DNA from: a virus
Strand: one strand, 5' to 3'
Length of the DNA: 64,000 nt
Virus record (IMG/VR): IMGVR_UViG_3300038701_003016
Location: 29-64,028 of that record
The notes beneath the pieces were generated by a model. That model made no database searches. It saw only the letters and a program-made list of their open reading frames with translations, and was not told the origin of the DNA. The translations under genes and the position numbers were made by a program. Positions 47,155 to 56,037 of this stretch are shown here, piece after piece; the first letter of the stretch is position 1; the number at the start of each line of letters is the position of its first letter.

Positions 47155-48129
47155 TTATTCCACCAAAACAGGTAAAGGAGACCAAGAATTTTTTGTTACT
47201 CTCTTGCTCAGCCGGTTAACAAGATTTATATACCCTTCAGGATTATTTTCTATTTCAGAGATGCTCATTCCAGGTAGAGAGGGCTCTATTTCAGTTAGTA
47301 CTGTAGGCCAATCTTTTTCTTCGTAAGGCCAATAAACTAAATCTGCAAGCTGTAAATGCTTAGGAATACTTAAATCAGATCCCGCACTAAATTGACTTTT
47401 CAGATATTTATAACGTTTATCTATATGATGGCTGCCCGGTATGCAAGCTTCTACCATAGCTAAATGCGGTTGATAAATATGGGCGTTAGCTAAAGTAAAT
47501 GATATAGTCCCAGGTACTAAATCTACTTCTGACGCTAAAGCATCTAAGGTAAGAGCATAAGCCATAATGTCATAAGGCAATCCTACAAATACGTCACTTG
47601 ATCTTATGAAAACTGACATATGCAATTCTCTATTATTACTTTGTTTATTGTCTAAGACATTTACACTAAAGCCTACTGGACATGGAATATTTTTAGGTTG
47701 AGAGCCTCCTAGACCATCTGAAGCAGGATCCCAAGTGCTTACATATAGTTGCCTATTAGAAGGATTTAATTTAAGTTCTTCACAAAGCTGGGCTAACTGG
47801 TCTCTGCCGAAATGTTTTCGCCAACGATAACCATAAGCAGTTTTCAACTCCCCGTCTTCTACAAATTTACTCCATAATTTAGGGGCATGTTTTAAAATAA
47901 ATTCAGGGTTTTTAGTGCCCATTATTTGCCAAGCTACCTCGGCGGCGGCCACTTTTGGGAAATAAGCTCTATTAGCTGCTAAAGGCAGTCTGCCATTTAA
48001 CTCTAATTTTATATTATAAGAGCCCCTATGGGTTAATACTTCCGTCTCAGTTCTGCTATTGAGCTGCTTTACTCCTTCTTTGTATATTGTAGTCAGCAGA
48101 GTTCTATATTGTTCATTGAGAGTTTCCAT
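47155..48129 (-). CDS. thymidylate synthase homologue with Asp at the N177-equivalent site (candidate dCMP methyl/hydroxymethyltransferase)
   Basis: AAEVAW, AYGYRWR, catalytic PC, RSSDVFVGLPYDIMAY, NAHIY. Confidence 0.85.
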   Translation of the reverse strand: METLNEQYRTLLTTIYKEGVKQLNSRTETEVLTHRGSYNIKLELNGRLPLAANRAYFPKVAAAEVAWQIMGTKNPEFILKHAPKLWSKFVEDGELKTAYGYRWRKHFGRDQLAQLCEELKLNPSNRQLYVSTWDPASDGLGGSQPKNIPCPVGFSVNVLDNKQSNNRELHMSVFIRSSDVFVGLPYDIMAYALTLDALASEVDLVPGTISFTLANAHIYQPHLAMVEACIPGSHHIDKRYKYLKSQFSAGSDLSIPKHLQLADLVYWPYEEKDWPTVLTEIEPSLPGMSISEIENNPEGYINLVNRLSKRVTKNSWSPLPVLVE

Positions 48130-48130
48130 G

Positions 48131-49015
48131 TTATACCTTCCAATATAAGTGGTTCATAATTCGCCCTAAATTTTGCACCGTGGTTGATATATCACTATTA
48201 TTATCTAAGTGATAATCAGCCATATGAGGAGTTACCGAGCAAGATCCTTGGTCCTCAGGGAGTATTACCTTCGATCTATCTACCCAAATTATAGCGTCGA
48301 ATACATTCTCTTTAATACATTGTACAAGTTCTGAAGAGTCCCGCATTCCACAGTAGATATCATTTTCTTTCAATATTTCTTTTGCTAATTTAGATTTAAT
48401 AGGAAAATTATATTCTTGAATGGCTTTGTACCATATTTGTCTATTGTTACCTGAATGCCTATCTTCAAAGCATTCCGCTGTGCTATTATATTTTCTGCCA
48501 AGTTTTTCAAAATAAGGCCTCATGATCCGTTCAGCACAAAAAGCACTAGAAGATGTGAATTTCAACCCATAAGAATTTTGTAATATATCACAAACAGTAT
48601 CTTTTCCATGTCTTCCATGCCCAATAACTAATATTTTTGGGCGCCTTTCAATAGCTTTCTTTATATCTGGAGCTTTCCATCCATAAGGCTTTATGGCATC
48701 ACAGCCTAGAGCTCCAGGGCGCTTACTTAATTCGCCTTTTTCTTTAAGCATATTTGCTTTATGAACTTCATTTAGGACTTGTTTACCATTAACCCCCATT
48801 TCATAAAAACGCCCGGCGGCAAAGTACATTAGATCCATTAAGGCATCTACTTCATCTTCTAAAGTTTCAGCGTCCTTAAACTCCTGTAATTCTTCGGCAA
48901 GAGCTGAACTCGTCCATATCTTTCTTTGCTCCGAAAGCCTCTCAGGCGATACAGGTTTTGGGATATCAACTATGTATTTTGCAAAGTCTGCAGTAAGCGT
49001 GAAAATATCATTCAT
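48131..49015 (-). CDS. MazG/PRA-PH-like NTP pyrophosphatase fused to a dNMP-kinase-like P-loop domain
   Basis: EELQEF...DALMDLMYF...EVHKANM followed by ILVIGHGRHGKDT. Confidence 0.8.
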   Translation of the reverse strand: MNDIFTLTADFAKYIVDIPKPVSPERLSEQRKIWTSSALAEELQEFKDAETLEDEVDALMDLMYFAAGRFYEMGVNGKQVLNEVHKANMLKEKGELSKRPGALGCDAIKPYGWKAPDIKKAIERRPKILVIGHGRHGKDTVCDILQNSYGLKFTSSSAFCAERIMRPYFEKLGRKYNSTAECFEDRHSGNNRQIWYKAIQEYNFPIKSKLAKEILKENDIYCGMRDSSELVQCIKENVFDAIIWVDRSKVILPEDQGSCSVTPHMADYHLDNNSDISTTVQNLGRIMNHLYWKV

Positions 49016-49023
49016 ATTAAGTC

Positions 49024-49302
49024 CTATCTATTTAGCATATTCTCAAATACCATTTCAGAAGTGAGAAATGTCACGATAATTCCATTTTTCCATAACGCAT
49101 AATAAAATACCCCTTCATAACCTATTCTATAAACCCTGATACGTCTTTCAGTATATATTTTACGACAGGTACCTTTGCAGATACTAGTATAACAAGCCAT
49201 ATATACCCGGGCAGCATTCTCAGGAAGAACTTTGTATCTAGAAACAAGTCGCTGGCAAGCATGGACACTTGCTCTTACGATCTTATCCATATCTGGATAC
49301 AT
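49024..49302 (-). CDS. hypothetical protein
   Basis: SVHACQR...IVTFL pattern. Confidence 0.65.
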   Translation of the reverse strand: MYPDMDKIVRASVHACQRLVSRYKVLPENAARVYMACYTSICKGTCRKIYTERRIRVYRIGYEGVFYYALWKNGIIVTFLTSEMVFENMLNR

Positions 49303-49304
49303 AC

Positions 49305-49982
49305 CTAATCAAGCCAGCTTTCATCTTCAGCGGGTTCATCAAATGGATTAGAGCACCCTTCTGGAAATTCAATAGTAGCATTGTCTCCTACCAACCTATA
49401 TCCAATTCCATGATCCTTTTGAAGCATAAAAAGGTAAGATAAAGCATTAGATCGAGACATTGAGAACTCTGCCATAGCTTCTCGTATAGACCTGATATTA
49501 TTTCCGTCTATAAACCACTTAAGAAATTTCCCTCTTTTACTTTTTAATTTTACAGCCTTCTTTAGGGTGTTAGCTACTTCTTTTCCGCCTTTAACCCTTT
49601 TATCTTGGCTACCATCTTTCATAATTTGGTCTGGGACTTTAAGCCCTAATTTTCTCATAATTAGGGCCGCAGTATCATAATCTTTTTGCCAGCCATTTCT
49701 TTGGAACTCTTTCCACTTCTTAACAATATGCTCAGAAAACCAGTCAGGCCTAAATTCCAGATCAACGCTGCCTGTAAGTTCCCCGGCTAAATTAGGTATA
49801 GAATAGCTCTGGAAAGTATAAGGGCAAAAAACAGTAGATCTCTTTTCGCCTTTTAATACTAGAGCGCACTGCCAACCATTACATGGGGGGTCCTTTATGT
49901 AAGCGTCAATTGTACTTTTACGTACAGACCCGTTAACATAATAAATACGAACCCATTCCATTCCCTCTTGAATAATAGACAT
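49305..49982 (-). CDS. hypothetical protein with C-terminal winged-HTH-like region
   Basis: SIREAMAEFSMSRSNALSYL. Confidence 0.65.
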   Translation of the reverse strand: MSIIQEGMEWVRIYYVNGSVRKSTIDAYIKDPPCNGWQCALVLKGEKRSTVFCPYTFQSYSIPNLAGELTGSVDLEFRPDWFSEHIVKKWKEFQRNGWQKDYDTAALIMRKLGLKVPDQIMKDGSQDKRVKGGKEVANTLKKAVKLKSKRGKFLKWFIDGNNIRSIREAMAEFSMSRSNALSYLFMLQKDHGIGYRLVGDNATIEFPEGCSNPFDEPAEDESWLD

Positions 49983-49984
49983 AT

Positions 49985-50281
49985 TTAAAATCCTACGGTC
50001 TCTGTATGCACAGCTTCCACAAAATTTCCGAGGTGTTCACAAATGTTATGCTCAACTCTTATTAAAGGGTCTAAAGGAAAACTTTCTAATTCTTCCCATG
50101 TTACCATAAATTTATAGCAGGCGTTTCCATCTTGCCTAGTAATATGAGGCATTTGCCCTATTATAAGAAAACCTTCCAGGTGAATTTGATAAATAAAAGT
50201 AACCCCTTTAGTAGGCTTTTTACCACGTTCCAAAGCTCTTCTCATACGAGTATAGGCTATAGCTTTTCCTTCATCATACAT
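49985..50281 (-). CDS. hypothetical protein
   Basis: ORF with a GAGAGGG RBS. Confidence 0.6.
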   Translation of the reverse strand: MYDEGKAIAYTRMRRALERGKKPTKGVTFIYQIHLEGFLIIGQMPHITRQDGNACYKFMVTWEELESFPLDPLIRVEHNICEHLGNFVEAVHTETVGF

Positions 50282-50302
50282 ATGTATTCCCTCTCATTAA
50301 AA

Positions 50303-50334
50303 AAAAGACTAGTCATTTATATGACTAGTCTTTT
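50303..50334 (-). terminator. intrinsic terminator
   Basis: AAAAGACTAGTCAT/ATGACTAGTCTTTT with A/T tracts. Confidence 0.75.
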
Positions 50335-50366
50335 ATAAAATAGTTTCCTACTAAAATATCCCCTTA

Positions 50367-50621
50367 TTAGGCTAGGGGGTCTTCTTCAGAGGCTTTAGCT
50401 TGCTTTTTAAGTTCACGGGCTGTAGGGATATCTTCGCCGTCTGAACGAAGTTTATTACGGTACCAATTAATAGACGGAAGGGAGGTTTTAGCTTCTGGGA
50501 ATTCTGCTTTCACGGCTTCGAGGGCTTCCTCATTTGTCATGCCCGCACGAATAGCTTCAAGAGCTGCTTTGCCTACACCGCGTTTTTCAACTTTTTGATC
50601 TTGAGTTTCACTCATGTTCAT
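50367..50621 (-). CDS. small DNA-binding-like protein
   Basis: AGMTNEEALEAVKAEFPEAKTS..SINWYRNKL; AGGAG RBS. Confidence 0.7.
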   Translation of the reverse strand: MNMSETQDQKVEKRGVGKAALEAIRAGMTNEEALEAVKAEFPEAKTSLPSINWYRNKLRSDGEDIPTARELKKQAKASEEDPLA

Positions 50622-50713
50622 CTCCTAAACTAATTAATAATTAAATAATACGAATTCCTATAAAGGAAAGTCTTCTACAACTTAAGGCATCTTTTCAAAT
50701 GAAATAGCCCTCG

Positions 50714-51067
50714 TTATACTTTTATTTGTACTTTAAACGGATTGTATGTATTTGTCCTCCTGTCGTATTTAAGTATGTTTACTGTGCCATTAGCCATTTG
50801 ACAAGCAATAGCACATGCAGCTCCTATTGCAATAGGGTCTCCAATGGCCAATATATAATCGTCATGGTTAAAAGAGGCCGATTTAAATACATTCTGCATA
50901 TGAGTGATAGAAGTGTCAACTCGATCTGCATATAAATTACCAGGTCTCAATACTTCTACTATTTCTCCATATTGAGCCGCTGCGGAAAAATCATATTTAT
51001 TTACCCAGCCACGTCTGATCTTGTCATAATAGGCAGGTCTTTGAACCATGAATACTCGACTAATCAT
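50714..51067 (-). CDS. hypothetical protein
   Basis: DYILAIGDPIAI motif; coupled to the helicase. Confidence 0.65.
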   Translation of the reverse strand: MISRVFMVQRPAYYDKIRRGWVNKYDFSAAAQYGEIVEVLRPGNLYADRVDTSITHMQNVFKSASFNHDDYILAIGDPIAIGAACAIACQMANGTVNILKYDRRTNTYNPFKVQIKV

Positions 51068-52581
51068 AATTTAACCTCTTGTAAAATCTTTTTCATTCCC
51101 TCTCTTGTTAATGAAGAAGCTATATCAATATTATTTTTTACACTATCTCTTATGTATTTATCAATTGGAGCCCCTATAAAGTCTATAACAGGAATATTTC
51201 CCCCTCCAATTGCAGTAGCTCTTTCATCTGCTTGACTTCGTTTAATTCCATCAAATACATGAGAGTACCAAATAATTTTACTGGCGGCAGACAAATCTAA
51301 TCCAGAAGTCGAATACCCTACTAGAGCTTTAATATTATTTTCAGCTCCAGGCTCAAAAGCTTTGCGGGCTTTAAGCTTATTAGCAGTAGATATTCGCCCA
51401 TGATACTCTACTATTTCATGCCCTCTATCTCTTAAAGTCTTAGCAATCAAGTCCATATCTTCATGAAAAGCCGCCCAAATAATACATTTTCCGCTAGCTC
51501 TTTCTACTTCTTCAATAAGAGCTTCTAATTTAGGGTTGGCTCCTGGAATTCTATACGTTTCGCCGAATTCATCTTTAATAAATCCAGAAGCAACCTGCTG
51601 TAACTTTATAAGTCTATTTGTATTTTCCCCAACCGATATTTCATTTTCGCCTATTTCAAGTTCATATTTAGTTCTTAAATCTGAATATACTTGAACTTGT
51701 TCATAAGTCATACCTACTTCTATAGTTTCAGGTACTATAGAAGGTAAATCAGTACAATCTTCTCTGAGAACTACAGAGCTATATTTAGCCATTTTTGATC
51801 TTAAACTATCTAGATTTATATATTCAGATAGCTGTTTATATTGATGCTTTTTAGCCCTTTTAAGAACATAAATAGCATGGTTAGCTTCAAATTCACTATA
51901 TTTTTCAAAGCCTAAAGCTCCTTTTTTTAAGAGCTCAAATTGGCCCCAAGCATGTAATGGTGAATTGTCTAAAGGAGTACCTGTAAGTATACGCCTATAA
52001 GAGCATTTGTTTGCAATCGCCCGTGCCATACTTGTACGTTTAGCAGAAGGCTTTCTAAAATCATGACTTTCATCAAATACTACCAATATTTTACCGTGTT
52101 TATTTCGTATAATTCTTTTTATTAATTTTCTTACATCATCCCTTACCATAGTTTCGCTGGCAAAGCTAAACCATGTAAGATTAGAACTTTTTATTAATTC
52201 TTTAGCTGTTTGCCACCATCTTAAATGGTCTTGTTTCCATTTAGCTTTATCCGCCGCTTTTACTTTTACAACGCCTTTTTCACTGGCTATATCAGTATTC
52301 CAAACTAAACATTGGTATTCTATGGAGTCCCAATGATGAATGTTTAATTCTCTTCTGACCCAATTATCATGAACCCCATTAGGAGCAAATATAAGTACGC
52401 AATCTATTTTGCCTTGGGAGTGTAAATTGCAGGCTGTATCTATTATAAGCTTAGTTTTACCTGTTCTCATTTGCCAAAATAAAGCGCGAGAAGGTAAATC
52501 TGCAGAATACTCAAACTCCTTAAATTGATGGTCGTAAGGAATTGTTTTAAAATCTGCGCTTATAAGAGCTTGAGTACTCAT
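51064..52581 (-). CDS. SNF2-like superfamily 2 helicase
   Basis: QMRTGKT, DESH, LTGTP, QADER. Confidence 0.9.
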   Translation of the reverse strand: MSTQALISADFKTIPYDHQFKEFEYSADLPSRALFWQMRTGKTKLIIDTACNLHSQGKIDCVLIFAPNGVHDNWVRRELNIHHWDSIEYQCLVWNTDIASEKGVVKVKAADKAKWKQDHLRWWQTAKELIKSSNLTWFSFASETMVRDDVRKLIKRIIRNKHGKILVVFDESHDFRKPSAKRTSMARAIANKCSYRRILTGTPLDNSPLHAWGQFELLKKGALGFEKYSEFEANHAIYVLKRAKKHQYKQLSEYINLDSLRSKMAKYSSVVLREDCTDLPSIVPETIEVGMTYEQVQVYSDLRTKYELEIGENEISVGENTNRLIKLQQVASGFIKDEFGETYRIPGANPKLEALIEEVERASGKCIIWAAFHEDMDLIAKTLRDRGHEIVEYHGRISTANKLKARKAFEPGAENNIKALVGYSTSGLDLSAASKIIWYSHVFDGIKRSQADERATAIGGGNIPVIDFIGAPIDKYIRDSVKNNIDIASSLTREGMKKILQEVKL

Positions 52582-53201
52582 GCTGGATACAAAAAGCCTT
52601 CTTCTTTTAATATTTTTTTAGTGTATTTTTTATGAAGAGATAGCCATTTCATTTTTATAAGGAATGGAAATCTGCCTCTAATAGGCATTAATTTTACCCC
52701 GAGAGCTTCTAACTTATCTATTCCCCATGTATTTCCTGAGGGCCTCATAATTTGAGCCCGTTCATCCTTTAGCACTCTAGTATCAATTTCTTTTATCCAG
52801 TTCGGATGGGGCCATATAGTCCCAAATTTTCTAGCAGAAGCTTCATGTAAAGTTTCTTCATATACACAAAACTCAGGCATAAGCCTTTTTAAAGGAGTTA
52901 CTTTATCCCCAATTAAATACTCTGAATTATCATGACATAAAGCGGTTAAGCATTCTCGGGCTGTTCCCCCATTTCTTTCAATATACTTAGCTAAAACAAT
53001 TGTATGCTCGCCTACAGAATAAAACCTTTTAGAATGCCCATTATATCTGCATATTAGAGACAAAGCATGAGCAACGTCTTCGACTTTTATTTTAGAAATA
53101 AGAGTTTGCATATTGGTTGTAAAATAAAAATCAGTTCCAGAATGTAATTCCATCCATACGTCTCTGTTTTCAAGCTCATTTGAACTAGTATTTTCTTTCA
53201 T
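52578..53201 (-). CDS. HD-domain deoxynucleotidase (YfbR/DatZ-like)
   Basis: AHALS.ICRYNGH...YSVGEH...HDNSEYLIGD..TPLK. Confidence 0.82.
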   Translation of the reverse strand: MKENTSSNELENRDVWMELHSGTDFYFTTNMQTLISKIKVEDVAHALSLICRYNGHSKRFYSVGEHTIVLAKYIERNGGTARECLTALCHDNSEYLIGDKVTPLKRLMPEFCVYEETLHEASARKFGTIWPHPNWIKEIDTRVLKDERAQIMRPSGNTWGIDKLEALGVKLMPIRGRFPFLIKMKWLSLHKKYTKKILKEEGFLYPA

Positions 53202-53379
53202 ATTCCGTACCTTTAATTTTCAAGTTCTGATTTTCTGTGTGCCTTTTAACTCTTCTGTCACATTTTTTATTATCTGAAGTCTTTGTAAAGGTGCTCATAG
53301 GGCCTTTACCCCACAAATCGCTATTCATTCTAATAGGGTCTTTCGTATATTTAATATGGTCCTTATGCGTATATGACAT
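53185..53379 (-). CDS. hypothetical basic protein
   Basis: Short ORF between polymerase and HD gene. Confidence 0.5.
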   Translation of the reverse strand: MSYTHKDHIKYTKDPIRMNSDLWGKGPMSTFTKTSDNKKCDRRVKRHTENQNLKIKGTEYERKY

Positions 53380-53382
53380 TAT

Positions 53383-55743
53383 TTATTTCCTATATCTGCT
53401 GTACCTTTCAGCCTCTGCAGTAATAGGGCACCCTTCAGCCCATGGTTCAATTTCTGACATTAGCTCTTCAAATTCTTCCAAAGAGCCTTTATTCTTTGGC
53501 ACTTCCCCGACCATCTCATCATGGACTGTCATGAACACTCTATAAATAGTGTCTTTGCATCTTAACATTGCGTCAGCCATTATATCTCTAGCTACTGCTT
53601 GAGTTATATTCTCTACTAATTTTCCGCCATAGGATGCTGTACGAACCCATTTTCCTTTCGCCAAAGACATATATCTTATGCCATCTTTGACTTCTCCCCA
53701 ACTTGTCTTTGTAGGTTTTACAAGAGGGTCTCTGTAACGAACTAATCTACCTGAAGGTAGCTGACAGCACAAGAAACCTCCTTTTACAAACCATTTTATT
53801 TTACCTGATACATAGCAAGGACCCGTAAGTTTATCTCTTTGTTCTATATACTCTGGAGTTACTTCGGCGACAGCTCCTAAAGTTTGTTTGACTAAAGCTT
53901 CCCAGCCTTTAATAGCTGCTATCGCCGCTTCTTCTTGTTCCTTCCACATGGCTTTAACTTCAGGATACCTAGTTCTATAGACATCGACTGTATATTTCAT
54001 TAAAGCCAATTCGTGTATTATAGCTTTCGGATTTTCGTCAGCATCAATAAGTATACGTAAAACTCTCGACGCTTCTCTCTTTTTGAGAGGCTTAGCCTCT
54101 TTTCCAGGGAACAAATAGTCATTAACCCAATTATAATATTTTTCGTATTTATCTTGTAGGATTTTTGCTACTTGCTGTTTACTAAAAGAAATATCGTATT
54201 TACGGCATGTTAATAAGAAGGTTAAGAAACCCATTCCATAGCCTAAACCTAAAATGGCTTGTTTACCAAATTGCCTTTCTTCTGGATGGTCATGCCTATT
54301 TACTGGATATCCATAAATGCCCTCGGCCATATCACAGTAAATATCTCCTCCATTTCTGAAGGTTTCTAAGGCTTTTTCACAGCCAGCTTCCCACAACACA
54401 CATCTAGCTTCGATAGCAGAATAATCAGCTACTATAAGGTCATTGTCGATAGAAGGTATTATTAGGCCTCTTAAAGCACTAGAAAGGGCCTCCATAGTTC
54501 CTCCATCATAAAACGCTTCAAGCCAATCTGGATTTTGATCCAATATATCATTGGCAGCTACGTCCATATCAAATACTGATTTGTACTTTCCAGTTTTTTC
54601 ATCAAAATATGATACGTTTTTAGCTTTGCCTCTTGGAAAATTTTGTACTTGAATTCCTTTTCCAGACCATCTACCGGTGCCTGCTCCATGGTACATTAAT
54701 ATATCTCTAGCGCGGCCGTCTTCATGATCCGTTTTATCAAGAGCTGCCTGATATTTACGGGTAGAAGTTTTATTAACCAATTTTACAAGCTGAAGTACTC
54801 GGCGAGCTCTGCCTTCCACCTCTGGCATTTGTAAGAATTTATCTAAAGTAGCTGCTTGAGTATCTGGTAAATCCAAGTTTTCATTTTCTCTAAGCCAGTT
54901 TTTTACCTGTTCTCTTTTAGTAGCTGCAGAGATGCCTGTCATGTCTTCAAGCTCTGAATTCATTCGCTTCTTAGCTTCTTCGGCAATATACAATGCAGCT
55001 TTGGCTAGCTTAAGGTCAACTTGGGCTCCTGATATATTAATTTCTTGATCTAACTGCCACAATGAAAGCTCTCGGTCAGACAAGGCCGGAATAACGTCGC
55101 TTAAAGCTTCTTCAGCTCTTACATCTTGTTTACAATATTCCCATAACCTATAAATGTCTTCCTCTTCCTCATGCCATAAAGTAGGCATAGGAGTATCTCT
55201 TCCGTGTTTAGCTCTCCATTCTTGCCTTTCAGATTTACGAGGTTTTCTGGGTTTTGCCATTTTAAGCATAAGCCTTCGGCCTTCCATATCTTTTTCAATA
55301 GGAAGGCCCATAGCTTTACAGGCATTTTCAAGATCACGAGGGAGAGAGGCTGCACTAGCCCGAGAAGCAGAGCACCGCCACTGGTTTTCTGGAACCTCAG
55401 GCCACCCATATCTAGGCGTCATTATATGCCTCCAGATAACTCTTTCAAAGAAAGCATTGTGGGCTTCAACTAACCCTCCTTGCTCTATCCACTTAAAAAG
55501 CTCGTAGGGTATTTCGCTTTCAGCTATAAAAAATTGGTCGTGGCTTCTATGCCAAAGTTCTACTTTTCCTTCAGGCCAATAAGGTAACCTATAAGCTAAA
55601 CAAAATACGTCAGTTGTTGGATGCTTAGAATAAATCCATGAGCCAGTCTTCTTAATTTCGCATTCAGACTTGGTTTCAAAATCTATAGTAGCATGGAGAT
55701 TTAAATCAATATATGTTTCTATATTTAATACAGGTAGTCCCAT
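53383..55743 (-). CDS. family A DNA polymerase with 3'-5' exonuclease
   Basis: IDFET, DYSAIEAR (motif A), RQFGKQAILGLGYGMG (B), VHDE (C). Confidence 0.93.
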   Translation of the reverse strand: MGLPVLNIETYIDLNLHATIDFETKSECEIKKTGSWIYSKHPTTDVFCLAYRLPYWPEGKVELWHRSHDQFFIAESEIPYELFKWIEQGGLVEAHNAFFERVIWRHIMTPRYGWPEVPENQWRCSASRASAASLPRDLENACKAMGLPIEKDMEGRRLMLKMAKPRKPRKSERQEWRAKHGRDTPMPTLWHEEEEDIYRLWEYCKQDVRAEEALSDVIPALSDRELSLWQLDQEINISGAQVDLKLAKAALYIAEEAKKRMNSELEDMTGISAATKREQVKNWLRENENLDLPDTQAATLDKFLQMPEVEGRARRVLQLVKLVNKTSTRKYQAALDKTDHEDGRARDILMYHGAGTGRWSGKGIQVQNFPRGKAKNVSYFDEKTGKYKSVFDMDVAANDILDQNPDWLEAFYDGGTMEALSSALRGLIIPSIDNDLIVADYSAIEARCVLWEAGCEKALETFRNGGDIYCDMAEGIYGYPVNRHDHPEERQFGKQAILGLGYGMGFLTFLLTCRKYDISFSKQQVAKILQDKYEKYYNWVNDYLFPGKEAKPLKKREASRVLRILIDADENPKAIIHELALMKYTVDVYRTRYPEVKAMWKEQEEAAIAAIKGWEALVKQTLGAVAEVTPEYIEQRDKLTGPCYVSGKIKWFVKGGFLCCQLPSGRLVRYRDPLVKPTKTSWGEVKDGIRYMSLAKGKWVRTASYGGKLVENITQAVARDIMADAMLRCKDTIYRVFMTVHDEMVGEVPKNKGSLEEFEELMSEIEPWAEGCPITAEAERYSRYRK

Positions 55744-55754
55744 GTTTTATCTTT

Positions 55755-56009
55755 CTAGTCGAGGAAACCTTTAGTCCCATTAACAGCTTCTTCATACATA
55801 TTTAGAAGCTCGTCTTGTTCTCTACGGTCATATGCATCCATCTTTCTTCTTTTTATAACCATCCTAACAATTTTTGGATCATACCCGAGCATTTTAGCTT
55901 CGCCATAAATATCCCGTTTATCCTCATTATAAACATCTATTTCTTTCTGGACTGCCTCAAGTCTGTCAACTAAAGACTTTAAAATCTCAGAACTTGGCGT
56001 ATTGCTCAT
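55755..56009 (-). CDS. gapR: GapR-like nucleoid protein (DUF2312)
   Basis: LKSLVDRLE...EDKRDIYGEAKMLGYDPKIVRMVIKRRK...ELLNMYEEA. Confidence 0.85.
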   Translation of the reverse strand: MSNTPSSEILKSLVDRLEAVQKEIDVYNEDKRDIYGEAKMLGYDPKIVRMVIKRRKMDAYDRREQDELLNMYEEAVNGTKGFLD

Positions 56010-56037
56010 TTAATTTCCTCTAAATAAAAAGAGGACT

